Assembly (NCBI GenBank): GCA_041984885.1
Contig: JBHIXH010000001.1
Location: 50,365-114,364, forward strand
Source of the DNA: Gammaproteobacteria bacterium
GTDB lineage: Bacteria; Pseudomonadota; Gammaproteobacteria; Eutrophobiales; Eutrophobiaceae
Direction of reading: 5' to 3'
DNA: 64,000 nt
Position 1 is the first letter of the stretch, and each line of letters begins with the position of its first letter. The translations under genes and the position numbers were made by a program. The notes beneath the pieces were generated by a model. It saw only the letters and a program-made list of their open reading frames with translations, did not search any database and was not told the origin of the DNA. Below, in pieces: positions 60,249 to 64,000 of the stretch.

Positions 60249-61221
60249 GAAAACACCTGGCGGAACTGTCCCAGGTGTAGGTGCGTGCGTATTGAATACA
60301 ATCTTCCGGCTTCAGCTTTAATGCGGCTTCCACCGCTGGCAGCAGGTCCTCGTTGAGGACGCCGGTTTCACCCTGCTTCACCACATCAATCGGTCCGGTT
60401 ACCGGGTAGGCCGCGACCGGCACACCACACGCCATGGCCTCGATCAGGACAATCCCGAACGTATCGGTCCTGCTGGGAAAGACAAAGACATCAGACGCAG
60501 CGATGTGCGCTGCCAGTTCCTCTCCGAATTTAAAGCCGGTAAATACAGCATCCGGATATGTCTGTTTCAGTTTATCCAGATCCGGGCCATCGCCTATAAC
60601 CAGCTTTGTCCCGGGCAGCTCCAGGTCGAGGAATGCCGCGATATTTTTCTCGACTGCGACTCGTCCGACGTACACTGAAATCGGTCTGCGAAAATCAAGA
60701 TATGCCTTATCCCCCGGTTTGAAAATTTCTGAATTGACGCCGCGCGACCAGATGTTCACGTTTTTAAATCCACGCTGTATTAACAACTCACGCATATAAT
60801 TCGTTGGCACCAGGGTTCGTTCTGCGGCCTTGTGAAAATTTCTTACCATGCGATAGCTGAGAGACAGCGGCACCGGGATACGCGCTTTGACATACTCCGG
60901 GAATTGCGTGTGATAAGACGTGGTGAATGGCAGTTTCTGTTTCAGGCAGTATTTACGGGCGGCCTGCCCAACCGGACCTTCGGTGGCAACATGTATCGCA
61001 TCCGGCTCAATCTCATCCAGTTGCTGGCTGACACCGCGGTAGGGAAACAGGGCGAGTCTTATCGATGGATAGGAAGGACAGGGCATCGTGTTGAACTGCC
61101 CGGGATGAATGATATGCACGTCATGGCCAAAGCCGGTGAGCTCGCATTGCATGTTTTCATAGGTTCGAACAACACCATTTACCTGTGGCTGCCAGGCATC
61201 GGTCGCGATTACTATTTTCAT
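60178..61221 (-). CDS. Glycosyltransferase family 4
   Basis: GT-B fold with the EX7E-type C-terminal motif region (FVFPSRTDTFGIVLIEAMACGVPV). The start at 61221 forms an ATGA overlap with the upstream gene's stop. Confidence 0.75.
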   Translation of the reverse strand: MKIVIATDAWQPQVNGVVRTYENMQCELTGFGHDVHIIHPGQFNTMPCPSYPSIRLALFPYRGVSQQLDEIEPDAIHVATEGPVGQAARKYCLKQKLPFTTSYHTQFPEYVKARIPVPLSLSYRMVRNFHKAAERTLVPTNYMRELLIQRGFKNVNIWSRGVNSEIFKPGDKAYLDFRRPISVYVGRVAVEKNIAAFLDLELPGTKLVIGDGPDLDKLKQTYPDAVFTGFKFGEELAAHIAASDVFVFPSRTDTFGIVLIEAMACGVPVAAYPVTGPIDVVKQGETGVLNEDLLPAVEAALKLKPEDCIQYARTYTWDSSARCFLGNLARISRNQTETSVDGQYARN

Positions 61222-62009
61222 GCGGCCAGGTTGTGTACCTTGATTGTTTCCTGCCTGTCGGTCCAGTGCAGTAATTCCATTTTTCCCTGGTGCGTTTCCA
61301 CCAGTGCGGTACAACTTTCCACCCAGTCACCACAGTTGCAATAAATAATGTCATCAACATTGGTGATTTCCGCACGGTGAATATGACCGGAAACTATGCC
61401 ATGCACATCATGTTTATGCGCCGCATGTACCAGTGCGGTTTCGTAGTTGCTGATGTATTTCACCGCCTCTTTGACACGATGTTTTAACATGTTAGACAGT
61501 GACCAGTACGACAGGCCAAACCTTCGTCTGACGAAGTTGACCCAGGTGTTCGCTTTTAACAACAGGTCATACATGGCGCTGCCAAGCAAGGCGAGTGCTT
61601 TTGAATTCGTCACCACTCCGTCAAATTGATCGCCATGGATAATAAGAAATTTTTTACCGCACTTCGTTTCATGAATTGCATCGTCGACGATCTGCAGGTT
61701 ACCGAACGTCATGCCGGCGTAATCACGCAAGAACTCGTCGTGGTTACCGGTTACATAAACAACCCTGGTTCCGTGTTTCGCCTTACCGAGAATCGTACGA
61801 ATAACGTCATTATGTGCCTGTGGCCAATGCACTTTTTTCTTCATCTGCCAGATATCGATAATGTCGCCCACCAGGTATAAATAGTCACACCTCGTGGAAC
61901 GCAGAAAATCAAGCAGGTAATTGGCACTGCAACCGGAAAAACCGAGATGGACGTCAGAGATGAAGATCGAACGGAAGTAGGCAGGTTCTATCTTGTGGAT
62001 GTTCTCCAT
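61218..62009 (-). CDS. Calcineurin-like metallophosphoesterase, LpxH-like (UDP-2,3-diacylglucosamine hydrolase family)
   Basis: Metal-binding motifs: DVHLG; GDIID; GNHDE; HGD; GHIHR. Start taken at the Met at 62009 (MENIHKI...). Confidence 0.65.
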   Translation of the reverse strand: MENIHKIEPAYFRSIFISDVHLGFSGCSANYLLDFLRSTRCDYLYLVGDIIDIWQMKKKVHWPQAHNDVIRTILGKAKHGTRVVYVTGNHDEFLRDYAGMTFGNLQIVDDAIHETKCGKKFLIIHGDQFDGVVTNSKALALLGSAMYDLLLKANTWVNFVRRRFGLSYWSLSNMLKHRVKEAVKYISNYETALVHAAHKHDVHGIVSGHIHRAEITNVDDIIYCNCGDWVESCTALVETHQGKMELLHWTDRQETIKVHNLAA

Positions 62010-62197
62010 TGCGCACCACGTCGTCGTGAATTCGGGCGCAAGTCTCATTCACTTATATGACAGATCTGTGCTATTTACATGACATTTTCGTTAAAAATTC
62101 CTGTTTTATTTACAAATACGGAAAGTTAATCGATTAATAAGGCCGTAATATTCGCGCCCTAGACTGAACAACCCGATAAGGAAATGGACGACAAAAC

Positions 62198-62392
62198 ATG
62201 ATTAACGATAACGCGGACGAGACGATCCTGATTCAGCAAAGTATGAGTGAGCGACTCAGTGAACTGGAAGCTAAACGTTTATTCCTGACGCGTCGTCACT
62301 TGCAAAACCAACCGCTTCTGGATCTGAAGACAACCATTCACCGACCGAAGCGAGTACTGAAATACAAGACCTGGTTAGTGACTGACGAATAA
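62198..62392 (+). CDS. Small hypothetical ORF (64 aa)
   Basis: Intergenic ORF with a weak RBS. Uncertain. Confidence 0.2.
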   Translation: MINDNADETILIQQSMSERLSELEAKRLFLTRRHLQNQPLLDLKTTIHRPKRVLKYKTWLVTDE

Positions 62393-62407
62393 CTTCACCG
62401 GCATTGA

Positions 62408-62965
62408 TCATTCCAGGTCGACGGTCAGTTCACTGGCATCCCGGCGGTTTGACCGGGGTTGTTCATCCGGGTAGCCATACCAGATCAAACCGACTACCGA
62501 CTCGTTCTGCCGATCGACCCAGATCAAATCATAAAACCGGTCATCGCGTGTGACACTGCCGGTTGTCCATTTCATGCCGATTCCTTCCGCCCATAACAAC
62601 AATGACAGGTTATGGATGACGCAGGCACAAGCGGCGTAATCCTCCTGTTGTTGCAAGGCATCGTCCGAGTTTTGGCAGGTGACCACCAGCCATCCCGGGA
62701 TACTTGACCACTTTTTCAGTTTTATGCTGGCGGCCTGCTCGCCTTTTTCAGCCCGGACGATATCCGCATTCAGTTTGCATATTTTTTTTATTGTTTCGGG
62801 GCCCGGAATATAAAACCGCCATGGTTCGGTCATTCTGTGATTCGGCGCCCAGACTGAAGTTGCTATCGCTTGCTGTAGTGCCGTAATTGGCACCGGTTCC
62901 GGTTTATACACATTAATTGAGCGACGTTGCTCGATCAGTTTTCGGATTTGTTCAGGTTCAAACAA
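62408..62965 (-). CDS. Nitroreductase-family protein
   Basis: RRSINVY...P...L pattern and ~185-aa size typical of NfsB/NfnB-like FMN nitroreductases. Confidence 0.75.
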   Translation of the reverse strand: MFEPEQIRKLIEQRRSINVYKPEPVPITALQQAIATSVWAPNHRMTEPWRFYIPGPETIKKICKLNADIVRAEKGEQAASIKLKKWSSIPGWLVVTCQNSDDALQQQEDYAACACVIHNLSLLLWAEGIGMKWTTGSVTRDDRFYDLIWVDRQNESVVGLIWYGYPDEQPRSNRRDASELTVDLE

Positions 62966-62992
62966 TTTTCATCTCTTAAAGTTATGGCCTAT

Positions 62993-63973
62993 TTACCGGT
63001 CAAGCCGGGCACGCGCCTGGCGGATTTTTTCCAGCGCCTCTTGCAAGCCCTTATTATCCGGCGCTAATTCAATCGCTTCCAGTACATACTCTTCTGCCAG
63101 TTCATATTGACCTGCTTCCACTGCTTTTTTCACCTTGCGTTCAAAATTTTTCGCCATTCGCCGGGCCTGCCGCTGCGCAGATTTATTGTCCGGATCCTCT
63201 TCCAGAGTTTTCTGAATACGTTGAATCGTATTGCGCTCGGTCTCGTCCATTAACGGGCGCCTGTTTGAGTCTTCCATTTCGGTATTCTTTTGTCTTGTCT
63301 CCTCTGCTTGTAACTGCGCATCCAGATGCCGACGTGCCTCGGCCAATGCCGGGTGTAATGGATCAACCTGCCCCGCCTTGTCCAGGTATTGTCCGGCGGC
63401 GGCAATGTCGTTCTGGTTTAATGCCTTATGCATCAAGTGCAAATAGGTCTCTGCCACCCGTCTCATACCTGACCGTGCCTCGGTATTCGTCGGATCCAGT
63501 TGCAGTACCTGTGCATATTTTTCGACGGCATTATTGTCAGCCGGTGTCGTCAAGCGGTATGAGCGAATATCGTTATCGGCGGCCTGCAGTAGATCCCCTA
63601 TTTTCGCACTGGTCGGGTCGGTCTCAACCATGACCGGCGCCGGCTTCTCCCCGGTAATAACCTCCTGCTGGCCAGCAGGTGCCGGCTGAACGGCAGTCTC
63701 GGTATTCGTCTCAACCTCGGCGGGCAAATCTGTTTCTGCATGTTTATTCCGTTTGCCGAGCACGGAAAGTATGACCAGGACCAACCACAGTATCGCCAGC
63801 CACTTCAGTATCGTTTTAATCCGCTGCCAAAGCCGTCGAAAAAAAGACGGTGGATTCGCTACGGTGTCGGTTTGCACCGTGCCGGCCGACATCGCGGATG
63901 GATCCACCTGAAAGGTTTTCTGTGGTTCGCTGTCTGCCAGTTCCGTCTCGGCTTCCGAGGCAGATGGAGTCAA
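62993..63973 (-). CDS. Membrane-anchored TPR-like repeat protein
   Basis: One TM helix (ILKWLAILWLVLVILSV), followed by TPR-like helical repeats (QYLDKAGQVDPLHPALAEA...). Confidence 0.55.
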   Translation of the reverse strand: MTPSASEAETELADSEPQKTFQVDPSAMSAGTVQTDTVANPPSFFRRLWQRIKTILKWLAILWLVLVILSVLGKRNKHAETDLPAEVETNTETAVQPAPAGQQEVITGEKPAPVMVETDPTSAKIGDLLQAADNDIRSYRLTTPADNNAVEKYAQVLQLDPTNTEARSGMRRVAETYLHLMHKALNQNDIAAAGQYLDKAGQVDPLHPALAEARRHLDAQLQAEETRQKNTEMEDSNRRPLMDETERNTIQRIQKTLEEDPDNKSAQRQARRMAKNFERKVKKAVEAGQYELAEEYVLEAIELAPDNKGLQEALEKIRQARARLDR

Positions 63974-64000
63974 TGGCTCAGTGGCCGTGACATCGGCAGG

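Noticed and set aside
1-64000. CRISPR arrays, rRNA genes, IS elements with terminal inverted repeats
   Set aside because: No regularly spaced short direct repeats, no rRNA-like conserved stretches and no transposase ORFs were found on either strand.

Overview
Chromosomal region of a gammaproteobacterium-like genome. Core genes identified are ssb, a giant PAS/GAF-GGDEF-EAL signalling protein, pyruvate kinase, a ferredoxin-type sulfite reductase with DUF934 partner, an EF-G paralog, zapE, rmuC, an oxyR-like regulator, degP/Q-type protease, an Hsp20 with a textbook sigma-32 promoter, coq7 and rplM-rpsI. A tRNA-Gln(CUG) at 22793-22866 is followed by an AT-rich ~18.4 kb integrative island of P4-like type. 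Its modules are a tyrosine integrase, an AlpA-like excisionase, a primase/helicase-like P-loop protein and a 207-aa unknown. Its cargo is two heavy-metal RND efflux systems (cusCBA-like and czcICBA-like) plus a CueR-type MerR regulator and a thiol/Cys-rich periplasmic module. The island ends in a 49-52 bp direct repeat of the tRNA 3' half at 41278-41329. A second ~11 kb segment (41.3-52.3 kb) has no integrase. It carries nnrS, ketopantoate-reductase-like, 5-FCL, an NMO fusion, DUF488 and a cysJI operon flanked by a rubredoxin and three DsrE/F/H-like genes with a divergent LysR regulator. This segment ends in a third, shorter att-like copy at about 52252. The ~196 bp following att copy 2 duplicates, at about 97% identity, the 3' end of a SPASM-type radical SAM gene (52272-53627, operonic with a DUF547 gene) that lies immediately after att copy 3. 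This indicates tandem or remodelled islands at this tRNA hotspot. Downstream are a TPP enzyme, a Kef-type antiporter, a TraR/DksA protein and a lipid-biosynthesis-like cluster (LpxH-like, GT4, OlsF-like bifunctional acyltransferase). No CRISPR arrays or rRNAs were seen.
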